A DNA stretch of 64,000 nt from Laetmonice hystrix (taxonomy: Eukaryota). The notes below the pieces were generated by a model, which saw nothing but the letters and a program-made list of their open reading frames with translations, had not been told where the DNA came from and searched no databases. Within the stretch, counting starts at the first letter, position 1. Every line of letters begins with the position of its first letter. Shown piece by piece: positions 42,901 to 54,130 of this stretch. The position numbers were made by a program, and so were the translations under genes. The DNA is taken from positions 2,854,001 through 2,918,000 of the forward strand of contig OZ249436.1 of assembly GCA_965235115.1 (NCBI GenBank). Direction: 5' to 3'.

Positions 42901-45900
42901 GTTGCCATGGCACCCGTTGCCATGACATTAACGTCGAATATAGGAACGCTGTGAATGAGCAGAACATCTGCTGGTCAGTCGTTTAGATACAAATTGTTTC
43001 CACATCTGGCTGAGACATGTTTTGGATTTCGATAGTTTTGTTTTTAATTTTATGCCGTCGTTTGTCAAGTTGATAAAAGTCAAATTTGAACCAAAGCAGT
43101 GTTGATAACTTCTGGTTCGAACCAGAACTGTTCCAGCCTCGATGTCTCTTTTCGAAGGTCATCAAAGAAACGTGGCTCTTGCTCGCAGAAACTTACATCT
43201 GATCAAAAATACACGTCTGTATTTCGCTGATAACAACAATCTCCCTTAGAAAAAAAATCAAATGTAAAAATTATTAACAGGACTGCAGTAACTGCTGACC
43301 ACACGTTTGCCTATTGCTGAAGTCTGCTGACCACACGTTTGCCTATTGCTGAAGTCTGCTGACCACACGTTTGCGTATTGCTGAAGTCTGATGACCACAC
43401 GTTTGCCTATATTGCTGAAGTCTGATGACCACACGTTTGCGTATTGCTGAAGTCTGATGACCACACGTTTGCCTATTGCTGAAGTCTGATGACCACAAGT
43501 TTGCCTATTGCTGAAGTCTGCTAACCACACGTTTGCCTATTGCTGAAGTCTGCTGACCACACGTTTGCCTATTGCTGAAGTCTGCTGACCACACGTTTGC
43601 CTATTGCTGAAGTCTGATGACCACACGTTTGCCTATTGCTGAAGTCTGCTGACCACACGTTTGCCTATTGCTGAAGTCTGATGACCACACGTTTGCCTAT
43701 TGCTGAAGTCTGATGACCACACGTTTGCCTATTGCTGAAGTCTGATGACCACACGTTTGCCTATTGCTGAAGTCTGATGACCACATGTTTGCCTATTGCT
43801 GAAGTCTGCTGACCACACGTTTGCCTATTGCTGAAGTCTGCTGACCACACGTTTGCCTATTGCTGAAGTCTGATGACCACACGTTTGCCTATTGCTGAAG
43901 TCTGCTGACCACACGTTTGCCTATATTGCTGAAGTCTGCTGACCACACGTTTGCCTATTGCTGAAGTCTGCCGACCATAACGCTTCGGTATTATTATGAA
44001 CTCTTATGGTGGAGAGAGATTTTGATGCCAGTCGTAGACATTTTCTTATTTTCGAAATATGACTAGAAGTACAGGAGGTAGAGTAAGAAGAACATTCTCC
44101 ACAAACCAAAGGTGAAGAGTTGGCATGCTAGGAAACAATTATATGATCTTTAGTGTAGACTCTGCCGCCCACGCACAGGCCGGTGAGAGTGCCAGCCCAG
44201 GACGCTGGTAATCTCATTGTGTGAACGCAATCAACAAACCGTCCTTACCCGATCCTAAGTACCTCGGACTGGCGTATCCGAAATAAGACAAGGTGTTAAC
44301 GGACATCTATCTTATTCCAAACCAAGCATGCATGTAACGCCATGAAGTCTGCAGGCTCTGAACAAGTACTCTAAAGTCGCGGCACTATAATTGTAGGCTC
44401 CTCGGCAGTGACAGGAATAAGATAATCGATTTTTAGTTTTCATAGAAAAAAACGTAAATTACAGAAAAGAGACATCAAACAATAGAACGACAAAATAACT
44501 ATAGCGGCTGGCTAGCTTGCATGAAAGAGACCTTTGACATTTTGCTATCGGCTTGTGTAACTACACACTTCAGGCATCTGTTACAATGTTTGATGTTGAC
44601 TTTTTCTCTCTCTGTCTCTCTCTCTCTGTCTCTCTCTCCCTCTCCCTCCCTCTCTCCCTCTCTCCCTCTCTCTCCCTTCTGCGTCTCTCTCTCTCCCTCC
44701 GTCTCTCTTTCTACCTCTCTCCCTCCCTCCCTCCCTCCCTCTCTCCCTCTATCTCCGTCTCTCCCTCCCTCATGTAGCTCATCTATAAACGGACGGGCTA
44801 TCGTTGATTGAAGTAGAGCCGGCCTGTTATTACACGGATCCACAGACTGGAGATTGCAGTGCACATAGCGAATATTCCTATTTGAAAGGAGTTTAAGTAT
44901 GTGATCATGTATGTAATTACATGGTCGCGATATGAATGACGTCAGACGCCAGGCCGGAACGTTATACGTCGTATCTCCCCTCGAGGCGGAGGGGGGGGGG
45001 GGGGCAGACCGGGAGACGCGGAGAGGGGAGGGGGGGGGGGGGTTCCGACCGGGCAGCCTAGCGAGACGTCAGTACAGACCCATGTTATGAATAGATACAG
45101 TGGCCAGGAAACCACGCCCATATATTATCTTAAGGGGACGTCTGCGGGCACAATTGCCTTATGTCAACACTGGTCTTGTGTCCACAACTTCTTCTATCGA
45201 ACACATAACACAACTGTGCCGTTTTCATTTGTGATTCGTGGAACACATGCGTGACACGGCACAATAAACCAGCAGTCGGGATTTGTGGTTAGTCCAGACG
45301 AGGAGAATGTTTCTCATTTTCATTCATTCTTTTTACTTCCGAGCATTAGACAATATTGATATATTTATTGAAATACCCCTCCCTAATGTACCTCCCCACA
45401 TTGATCTAAGAAAAGGATTGATCATAAATCTTTTTCCAGGATTACCTTTTACAAAATATGTAATGCAATATACGCCATTATAGTTCAAGAAATGCAGTAC
45501 CAATGAAGTGTTTTGCATTGTTCGCCCGCAGATCCACAGCCACGGGCCTTTTATAACTGTGATGATATCTCAGTGTTTACCCGTATACTTTCCCCACAGA
45601 TCCACAGTTATAACTGTGACGATATTTCAGTGTTTACCTGTAGTTTCCCCACAGATCCAGCTATAACTGTGATGATATCTCAGTGTTTATCTGTAGTTTA
45701 CCCACAGATCCACAGTTAGGCCTATAACTGTGACGATATTTCAGTGTTTACCTGTAGTTTCCCCACAGATCCACAGCTATAACTGTGACGATATCTCAGT
45801 GTTTACCCGTACTTTCCCCACAGATCCACAGTTATAACTGTGACGATATCTCAGTGTTTACCTGCTGTTTGCCCACAGATCCACAGTCACGGGCGTGGAG

Positions 45901-48512
45901 AGCTCCTCGTTTCACTGTGTTACCAGCCGGCCGCCAACCGCCTGACCGTGGTTGTCCTCAAGGCCCGAAACCTGCCCAAGATGGATATTACAGGACTTTC
46001 CGGTGAGCGAATCATTCACGGCATTTGCCGTACCGTGGCATGAAATTGTGTTTAGAGGTTAGGGTTAGATCCAGCTAACAACACACAACGTTTTCACAAC
46101 GTTGTAGTTTGGTCACATCACAACGTTGCATGTCTGAACGTTGTTTCAACGTTTTCAGAATGTTATGCTCCAAGTGCTCAGGGCATTTTCTGTGTGTATC
46201 TTGGGTAACTTACTGTCGAAAGGGGAAAGGGAGAAGTCATAATTAATATAGGAGAGTAGTAAGCCTGCCGGATGACAAAACATACTACAACGTTGTGGCA
46301 ACATATAGAAAACCATATGAGGCAACATTAGCTAGATGGAAACGTTGCTGCTACGTAATATTGCTAGCTGGGGAGGTAGGGCTACCGCTTGAAATAGGTT
46401 TTGGGAGGTCTGAGGACGTGGTAAGGGGTATTAGGTCAGAGGTAGGGTTTGAAATAAGTTTTGGGAGGTCTGAGGACTGCACAGTCAGGGGTGTGTTTCT
46501 CATCTATCGTTATCCTGTCGTGCGTTAAAACTCCCATTGAAAATGCATTTTGGAGTTAATGATACGACAAGCTAACGATATGGTGAGAAACGCACCCCAG
46601 TATAACTTTACTCCATTAGACTCATCATCTAGACCTAGGCCTACCGGTACGCTGAGCCTCAGGCTCAGCGAGTCAGTAGGCCTACTATAGGCCTACCTAC
46701 CATGATCAAAACCATGACCAATCTTAACAATCAGTCACTTACCACATAAACTTCACATGTCGGGAAATTAGATACAGGGATTCATCGTGTTCACGACTGC
46801 TTCGTCTGGCTAGAGCTAGCCTAGACTAGAGGTTATACAAGATTCTGAAATCAGCCTCGCGTAGCTTCCGCTTTGCTATCATACGCTGTCACCCCTCCAG
46901 GCTGTTACGTTAAGAATGCGTGAGAGCCTATTTGCACGTGGGGGTGAAAACACTTGACGGCAGTGCCGGAAAATTTATAAATGACAAGAATTTGGCGGAA
47001 TTCATTATGTATTGATTATAAACAACGATAGGACGGTAGGTTTTGACTGCAAATTGAATACAAATGTGTGTATTTTCCACTGGCCAGTCGGTCTGACAGT
47101 TTGGGCTTCTCCAGTAGTCCGTGCAAATGCAAAGATCGAGGCCCGACGTCACAAGGAACACCCCCCCCACCCCCACCCCCACCCCCCACCCCCGCTAGAG
47201 GAAAGTGAAAAAGTAATATTGACTGGTCAATAGTACTTTTTTCCGTGCAATATTTGTTTTTATAACACGCCTACTTTCTTTCCTGCGCTCTGATTGGTCG
47301 GTTCCTGGTCACGTGGTCCGAATCATTTTATGCTGTCTCATGCTTTACCGGGCAATAGTTGTCGAACTATTGCCCATGGGAAATAGTTCGACAAATCGTT
47401 GCGTGATAGCAATAGGCCTACCTTGCCTGCAGAACTTCTGAGACAATAGCGGACGACTTTTCCGCACTGACAAGGGTTTTGAATTTATATGAAAGAGAGA
47501 TTCAGATCTAGGAGTAGGCTTAGATAGGAGCTAGTGGCATCACAGTGAGTGTGGCATCACAGTGAGTGACGTCTAATTAACGTAGGCCACACTCACAGGC
47601 AAAAAACTAAAAATAACCCACCCAGTCGCCGGGAATCGCTGTTTACTTTTGAATGAAATGCATGTAGCCATGATGTAGGTATGGCGTGTTATAAAACACA
47701 TGTTGACTGGCCTTATTCGGGCAACAGCATAAGTGTGTTCCCCCCTCGGGCCATGTTGATCACCCCAAAATCAATCTATTTCCCTCGGGCGATGCCCTCG
47801 GGAAATAGATTGATTTTGGGGTGATCAACATGTCCCTTGGGGGGAACACACTTATGCTGTTGCCCGAATAAGGCCAGTCAACATGTGTATATTATCCGTG
47901 ATCGCTTGACAGGGAACTGACCAATCAGGACAGGGAAAGCGCGGCAGCCATAAAATAATATAGGCCTACAATATTATTTTGAGTCTCACTATTAATTATA
48001 TCTCTATAAGTAGGCCTACTGATGACACTGATACCAAAGGTCCGAACCCATCGAGAGTAGATTATAATAATATTAAGTTTTTATCAAGTTGTTCCTGGTA
48101 TCTGCGAGCGACGTTATGACCCCCCCCCCCCTTCCTGTGACCGCTGTGGACCCCTGAGAACCTCTGAACAGAAGACTGACCACATGTATGTCCTTTTCTT
48201 ACAGACCCTTACGTGAAGATCTACCTGTTGTACAACGGCCAAAGGATCGCAAAGAAGAAGACCCACGTGAAGAAGAGAACCCTGAACCCTGTGTTCAATG
48301 AGTCTTTCCTCTTCGACGTGCCATGTAATGAAGGCCTCCAGAACATCTCGCTTGAGTTTCTGGTACTTGACTGGGACCGCATGACGAAGAATGAGGTAGT
48401 TGGCCGACTGGAAGTGGGCGCCAAGTTCGCTGGCAATGAGAGCCACCACTGGAATGAAGTGATGAACTGTCCCCGTAAGCAGATCGCCGAGTGGCACAAG
48501 TTAAAGGAGTAG
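33886..48512 (+). CDS. Syt4: Synaptotagmin-4 (Syt4/11 family), 436 aa; exons 33886-33919, 40596-41440, 45879-46002, 48205-48512
   Basis: N-terminal TM, linker, C2A ([42 protein letters not shown] with the Asp->Ser typical of Syt4/11), C2B ([32 protein letters not shown]...[35 protein letters not shown]), C-terminal QIAEWHKL; phases 1,0,1 consistent; 1311 nt. Confidence 0.93.
34668..35086. repeat. 30-bp minisatellite, ~14 copies, Syt4 intron 1
   Basis: GTCTCCATTCACACGACACAAACCATAAAC. Confidence 0.95.
35405..36496. repeat. 31-bp minisatellite, ~35 copies
   Basis: GCCCTGTGGAAGCTTAGTGTGGAGTATTGAG. Confidence 0.97.
37353..37728. repeat. ~95-bp direct duplication bracketing a 12-bp repeat (TATCAACCAATG)n at 37446-37632
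   Basis: GCGTG-GAGAATCAATTCCAACCC...AGAACTTAGAATTAAT-ATCTATCAC occurs twice. Confidence 0.9.
38711..39089. repeat. 21-bp minisatellite, ~18 copies
   Basis: GACGATCGTCCTGTCCGTGTA. Confidence 0.95.
39365..39880. repeat. 40-bp minisatellite, ~13 copies
   Basis: TCTGTGATACATGAGCGCCCAGATATAATACATATAACAG. Confidence 0.95.
40596..41440 (+). CDS. Syt4: Syt4 exon: TM, linker and C2A
   Basis: ORF 40583-41485; gtttcag| acceptor, AAG|gtacgt donor. Confidence 0.95.
41575..41984. mobile_element. Non-autonomous DNA transposon with 8-bp TSD (hAT-like) in Syt4 intron 2
   Basis: TCGCCATG|CATAGGCGCCAGAAGC ... GCTTCCGGCGCCCCTG|TCGCCATG. Confidence 0.8.
43292..43977. repeat. 32-bp minisatellite, ~21 copies
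   Basis: TGCTGAAGTCTG(C/A)TGACCACACGTTTGCCTAT. Confidence 0.95.
44605..44771. repeat. (CT)n/(CTCC)n polypyrimidine microsatellite
   Basis: Direct reading. Confidence 0.95.
45524..45887 (+). repeat. ~55-bp tandem repeat spanning the 3' splice site of Syt4 exon 3 (7 acceptor copies)
   Basis: TATAACTGTGACGATATCTCAGTGTTTACCTGTAGTTTCCCCACAG|ATCCACAG; exon-start copies at 45532, 45600, 45655, 45708, 45769, 45824, 45879. Confidence 0.93.
45879..46002 (+). CDS. Syt4: Syt4 exon: start of C2B
   Basis: [42 protein letters not shown]|gtgag donor. Confidence 0.95.
46069..46372. mobile_element. MITE-like element with CCAGCTA(A/G)CA termini and CAACGTT subterminal repeats (CACTA/EnSpm-like layout)
   Basis: CCAGCTAACA ... 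TGCTAGCTGG; ACAACGTTGTAGT inverted with ACTACAACGTTGT. Confidence 0.5.
46488..46598. mobile_element. Short palindromic MITE
   Basis: GGGGTGTGTTTCTCATCTATCGTT ... AACGATATGGTGAGAAACGCACCCC, with imperfect pairing continuing inward. Confidence 0.6.
47257..47890. mobile_element. Non-autonomous element with a 14-bp internal inverted repeat and a ~190-bp terminal palindrome
   Basis: TTTTATAACACGCC (~47258) vs GGCGTGTTATAAAA (47683-47696); 47696-47888 folds as a near-perfect hairpin of ~95-bp arms. Confidence 0.7.
48205..48512 (+). CDS. Syt4: Syt4 last coding exon: remainder of C2B
   Basis: ttttcttacag| acceptor; DPYVKIYLL...WHKLKE*. Confidence 0.95.
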
Positions 48513-49567
48513 AAACAGTCGTAGCACACACATGGCTCGAGCGGACATTCCTGTTGGGATATCTATATTCAGTGCTCAATTTCATTGTTCAATCTGAGTA
48601 GATTTTGAGCTCACCTATCAGTCTGGACGACATGCACTATTTGATCACAAGACTGGTCTAGGGGACAAGCGTGATCGGTTTGATAAAAAATAGTAGCTTG
48701 CGATTGCCTATTGATGGCCAATCGTACTCTGACGTAGAAGTCGAAAAATGCTAATAGGTATTTATTTCGAAAAGACTGCAAATTTAAGGCATGATGCTCC
48801 GAGCGAGCGTAAAGAATAATGGGAGATGATTTTGTCTGTTTTAAGACGAACTGTTACACTAAATGCCGTCTAAACGTCTGCGCGTGAGAAAAGGATATCC
48901 CTCCAAGCATGTCTTTATGTGTGTACGCCCGCACGGCAGCGCATGTGATGTGCCTGACCCGGAAGTACTCCCAGATCACGTTGAGGCAGGAAGTCACGTG
49001 AGCGACCGGAAACGGTGAAGCACAACATCCGGTTCGAACTCCGCGTGGAAGCCAAATGTTCTCGCCTGCCAACGTGACAGTCGGCAGGTGCTGCCCCCTG
49101 GGCAGTAGCCTATAAAGGCTGAGACCTGACGTCATGCGTGCCCTCAGACTGGGGTAATATCAATTAACACTATGGGACTAACGCGACTTTGTATAATTTG
49201 TTGGATCAAACTATGGTTAAAGGAGTTTTGTCATAGAGTTGTCAGAGAACGAGTTGTGTTGTGACTGAGTCTTCAGAAACATGGAATTTTGATTCGGAGG
49301 ACCAAAGGAAACGTTTGTGTCCATTCTTTTAGACCGTGAAACAACGGATTGGGAGAGACCTTTCGTGGAAATAGTGCATCCATCTTGTTTGGTAAACCGA
49401 CGACCACCGTGTCCCTGTTATAATAGTCTATCCCTAGTTACCACCCAGACCACCCTTGTGCGTGCGGTATACGTGCTAACAGTGATACGGGTGGCTGTGT
49501 TACTATTTAACATACAGGAAATCGTCTATAGCTTTCAGTACAATCATAACAAAGTGTTGTTTCATGC

Positions 49568-49808
49568 GACCAATAACTCGTAGATCTTTGAGTGCCGCCC
49601 TAGGCCTGGTGAAAGTGACCAATAATTCCTAGATCTTTGAGCGCCGCCCTAGGCCTGGTGAAAGCGACCCATAACTCGTAGATCTTTGAGCGCCGCCCTA
49701 GGCCTGGTGAAAGTGACCAATAACTCGTAGATCTTTGAGCGCCGCCCTAGGCCTGGTGAAAGTGACCAATAACTCGTAGATCTTTGAGCGCCGCCCTAGG
49801 CCTGGTGA
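49568..49808. repeat. 49-bp minisatellite, 5 copies, probable Syt4 3' UTR
   Basis: GACCAATAACTCGTAGATCTTTGAGCGCCGCCCTAGGCCTGGTGAAAGT. Confidence 0.95.
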
Positions 49809-50208
49809 CAGGAACATTATAAATGTAGTCCTCGAGATATGGTGACCGACAAAAACGGACCTCGTCTCCATACAACGGCTATGGGGCGCTGGAGAGGGTC
49901 CTTTCGTTAACAAATGTTACTTAGTGTTACATAATATAGTGGCAGATTATTGTTAAATTCATGGCTGCCATTTTATACATTGTTAAAGAAAATAGATCGT
50001 TGGCAAACACATGCACTATAATGTGTCCGGTTGTGTAGGCCAGCCGAGTATATAACTTCTGGGGTGTTTAACGAAGTTAGGTAGTTCTTTTAGAGATAGA
50101 TGTTTGTAAACCAGTTGTCCCAGTGTGCGAGTATTATATTATAAACGTGACAACTGTTGCCATAGATATATTGACAGCAGGTTTATGTTTAAGGGACAGA
50201 GGTTTTTT

Positions 50209-50849
50209 CAAATCCAGGCGGGAATGAAGACCAAACATCACACTGAAAAGTACGCAAATACCTAGGTAGAGAATGACGTAATCCATACAACATGGAGGAA
50301 ATAAAGAATGACGTAATCCATACAACATGGAGGACGTGAATAATGACGTAATCCATACAAAATGGAGGACGTAGAGAATGACGTAATCAGTAAAAAAACA
50401 TGGAGGATATAGAGCATGACGTAATCCATACAACAGTGAGGACGTAGTAGGGTTGGTCCTTTGGCGCCAAGGTAAAAATCTTAGAGTGCGCGATCTGAGA
50501 GGTTACCATTCGTATACACAGTAAACCACCAAATCCAGGCGGGAATGAAGACCAAACATCACACTGAAAAGTACGCAAATACCTAGGTAGAGAATGACGT
50601 AATCCATACAACATGGAGGAAATAAAGAATGACGTAATCCATACAACATGGAGGACGTGAATAATGACGTAATCCATACAAAATGGAGGACGTAGAGAAT
50701 GACGTAATCAGTAAAAAAACATGGAGGATATAGAGCATGACGTAATCCATACAACAGTGAGGACGTAGTAGGGTTGGTCCTTTGGCGCCAAGGTAAAAAT
50801 CTTAGAGTGCGCGATCTGAGAGGTTACCATTCGTATACACAGTAAACCA
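50209..50849. repeat. 321-bp tandem duplication containing a ~35-bp sub-repeat with ATGACGTAATC
   Basis: CAAATCCAGGCGGGAATG at 50209 and 50530; the two copies read identically by eye. Confidence 0.95.
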
Positions 50850-52026
50850 TCATACATTAACACGACATATACTATACATTCGTTATGGAAAATAGATGTG
50901 TAGATTATCAGCATGTTGTGAAAAATCCATTTTTATGCATACCGATAACCAGACCAAATAATGCAACCAGAGCGTATCGTAAATAACAAACCAGTGAAAG
51001 GGATTTGTAAAGTTACATCGTTCAAATTCAGTGTCTATAGGCCTGCTGTCTCCAGCGAAACTCGACCAAATCGGTTTTGATGAGATACGTTCATAATGAC
51101 AGGTTTCCGTGCTACAGACGCTATACATGGTTTGGGTTCGTTACTAATGACATTTTTCGAGTTCCGTTTTTCTCCGGGATAAGGAATTTCTGGCCAGCGA
51201 TAGAGTATTTTAGACACACTTGTACAAGTCAGTTTAGCGGGGTTAAGCCTCAACGACACAAAATAAGATGTTTTGCAGGATTTCCTTTGGATTTCATTTT
51301 TTATGAAGACATACTTGAAATATATGTACGTAGATTTGTAAGTACACAATGCATATTATAAGGTTCCACCTGGGAAAACTTAGGCACACACACATACACT
51401 AAACCCTTTCGTCACTCAGTATTTTCCGCAAAATATGAGACAGTAGTGGGGGGGGGGGGTGAGACTGTACCGCTGTAATGGCTAGGGAAACTTTGTATTA
51501 CATGGCCAGCTCCAATAATTTAAACAGGGAAGCATAACTTAGCTGTCTGTAATTGTTGCACTAGATATTACACCCTCAAATTATCGAAAAGGAAGTGCAT
51601 GTTCTCACAGTGAATCAATAAGATAAGATAAAGTGTATAATAATATTAAATCATATATGTATCATCTTTGTTCCCAGTCCCATGGCGAGATACCGAACAA
51701 AATGCCACTTTTGGAAGTGACGCTTCTCAATTAGTGTTAGAAAAGCGTGTTGAACCGGCAGAAACTAGGATTCAGAAACTAAAGGCGAATTTGCACTTGA
51801 ATTTTCAGATGTAAACCGCAGTAAAGAGATGTGTTGTAGGAGCCTGCATTTACGTCATGAACAATGATTCAGACAAGTTGATTGTTTCATGGAATAATGC
51901 GTTTGTGATACTGTAAAAAAAATGTGCAACTTGAATAGCAGACATTACATTGATGTACTTAAACTATTTTATTATATTGTATGTCATTCCCCGTGCTATG
52001 TGACCAGAATCCGCCGACTGTATATA

Positions 52027-52068
52027 AATAAAGATATATGGAATGCATATATATTTCTGCGCAATAAA
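52027..52068 (+). other. Candidate Syt4 polyadenylation signals (AATAAA at 52027 and 52063), implying a ~3.5-kb 3' UTR
   Basis: Clustered AATAAA in AT-rich sequence followed by a T-rich tract; no transcript evidence. Confidence 0.4.
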
Positions 52069-52144
52069 GTAGACTGATTTCGAAAAAATACCCGTTTCTT
52101 CTTCTGTCTAATGTTCCAATAAAATCGTATCGCCCCTTATCTAC

Positions 52145-52403
52145 CTGACGTCCCAGTGATACTTCGATACTGAGTGATTATGACCTGCTGCCTCGCTCTC
52201 ATGTCTGTATACTACTCGGGTATGACGTCATACTGAGTGATTATGACCTGCTGCCTCGCCCTCACGTCTGTATACTACTCGGGTATGACGTCATACTCAG
52301 TGATTATGACCTGCTGCCTCGCCCTCATGTCTGTATACTACTCGGGTATGACGTCATACTCAGTGATTATGACCTGCTATCTAGCCCTTATTTTCGTATA
52401 CTA
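52145..52403. repeat. 63-bp tandem repeat, ~4 copies
   Basis: ATACTGAGTGATTATGACCTGCTGCCTCGCCCTCATGTCTGTATACTACTCGGGTATGACGTC. Confidence 0.9.
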
Positions 52404-52915
52404 CTAGGAGATGTTATTGAGAGATATTAGATTGGCAGATGAGGTCGATTGCCTCCGAATTGTATAAAGTCGTTGCCCCGCATAAGGTAGTACTTCGTCC
52501 TCCAACACAGCACGGAATGGCAAGTATAGAAATTGAGAATTAGCCCCCACCCCCAGTTCTATGGCAATGATGCCTAACCACTATATATTACACACCTATG
52601 CGTATAGGCCTACGTACCCACAAAGTTTTTTCAATTAAACCCCTGTATTGACGGCGTACATAGAAAACACCAATCGATTATCCCCTGGCCGTTGCTTGTG
52701 TCCTGCCCACGCATGTAACTGTGCCCTGTAACACCCCCCCCCCCCCCCCCCGGCCGCCGCCGCTGCCGCCGTTCTGAAGCTAGGTTGTTTGTCACGGCCG
52801 TTTGCCACGGTTCCCTACGATCGCCTGGAATGTGTGGGCGGTGCGCTACTGTGTCCAATCATCATCACCTGAGAGCTCCGTATCGACAGTCTCTCCGGGC
52901 GGGCGGGCGGCCTGT

Positions 52916-53750
52916 TGGGAGGGGGAGGCCGGGCAGCGGGGACGGGGAGGCCGGGCAGCCGGGAGGGGGAGGCCGGGCAGCGGGGAGGGGGAGGCCGGGC
53001 AGCCGGGAGGGGGAGGCCGGGCAGCCGGGAGGGGAGAGGCCGGGCAGCGGGGAGGGGGAGGCCGGGCAGCGGGGAGGGGGAGGCCGGGCAGCGGGGAGGG
53101 GGAGGCCGAGCAGCCGGGAGGGGGAGGCCGGGCAGCCGGGAGGGGAGAGGCCGGGCAGCCGGGAGGGGGAGGCCGGGCAGCCGGGAGGGGGAGGCCGGGC
53201 AGCGGGGAGGGGGAGGCCGGGCAGCCGGGAGGGGGAGGCCGGGCAGCCGGGAGGGGGAGGCCGGGCAGCCGGGAGGGGAGAGGCCGGGCAGCCGGGAGGG
53301 GGAGGCCGGGCAGCGGGGAGGGGGAGGCCGGGCAGCGGGGAGGGGGAGGCCGGGCAGCCGGGAGGGGGAGGCCGGGCAGCGGGGAGGGGGAGGCCGGGCA
53401 GCCGGGAGGGGGAGGCCGGGCAGCCGGGAGGGGAGAGGCCGGGCAGCCGGGAGGGGGAGGCCGGGCAGCGGGGAGGGGGAGGCCGGGCAGCCGGGAGGGG
53501 GAGGCCGGGCAGCGGGGAGGGGGAGGCCGGGCAGCCGGGAGGGGGAGGCCGGGCAGCCGGGAGGGGAGAGGCCGGGCGGGGGAGGGCGGTCTGCCGGGAG
53601 GGGGAGGGCGGGCAGCCGGGAGGGGGGCGGCCTGCCGGGAGGGGGAGGCCGGGCAGCCGGGAGGGGGAGGCGGAGCAGCCGGGAGAGGAAGCCAGAAGGG
53701 GGAAGCCGGGTGGGGGAGGGCGGTCTGCCGGGAGGGAGAGAGCGGGCTGC
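52916..53750. repeat. G-rich 21-23-bp minisatellite almost devoid of T, G-quadruplex-prone
   Basis: GGGGGAGGCCGGGCAGC(C)GGGA. Confidence 0.95.
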
Positions 53751-54130
53751 CATCTCCTCATCACCGCTAGACCCTGCAGGCATGACGTGGACGGGCGTCT
53801 CTATCAGAATTCAATACCACTCCTTATGAAGAGGGTAGATAAATTTTGTTTTCTCCAACAGCGACCATACGAAATGTATTATTGGAAGACTTCTGCCGCG
53901 AGAGTTTACTACCTCACCGTATTACAGGGAACGAGTCACTCGTACCGCTGAGACAGCCAAACTGCGGAGAAACACAACTCTTTAGACCTTTAAAATGCTG
54001 GGATAAATACAGGTGACATTTTGTTACTTGGAAGTATTTGGGATAATATAGGAATTTAGGACAAAGAGACCAGACATTAGCATTGTCTGAAAGTTAAGTT
54101 CAAAGATGTCGACATTAAAAGGCTACATAT

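Noticed and set aside
49000..49060. tRNA gene around GGTTCGAACTCC
   Set aside because: No cloverleaf or acceptor stem could be built
52785..53951. 300-390-aa Gly/Arg/Pro-rich ORFs on both strands
   Set aside because: Produced by a nearly T-free tandem repeat that cannot encode stops; open in most frames
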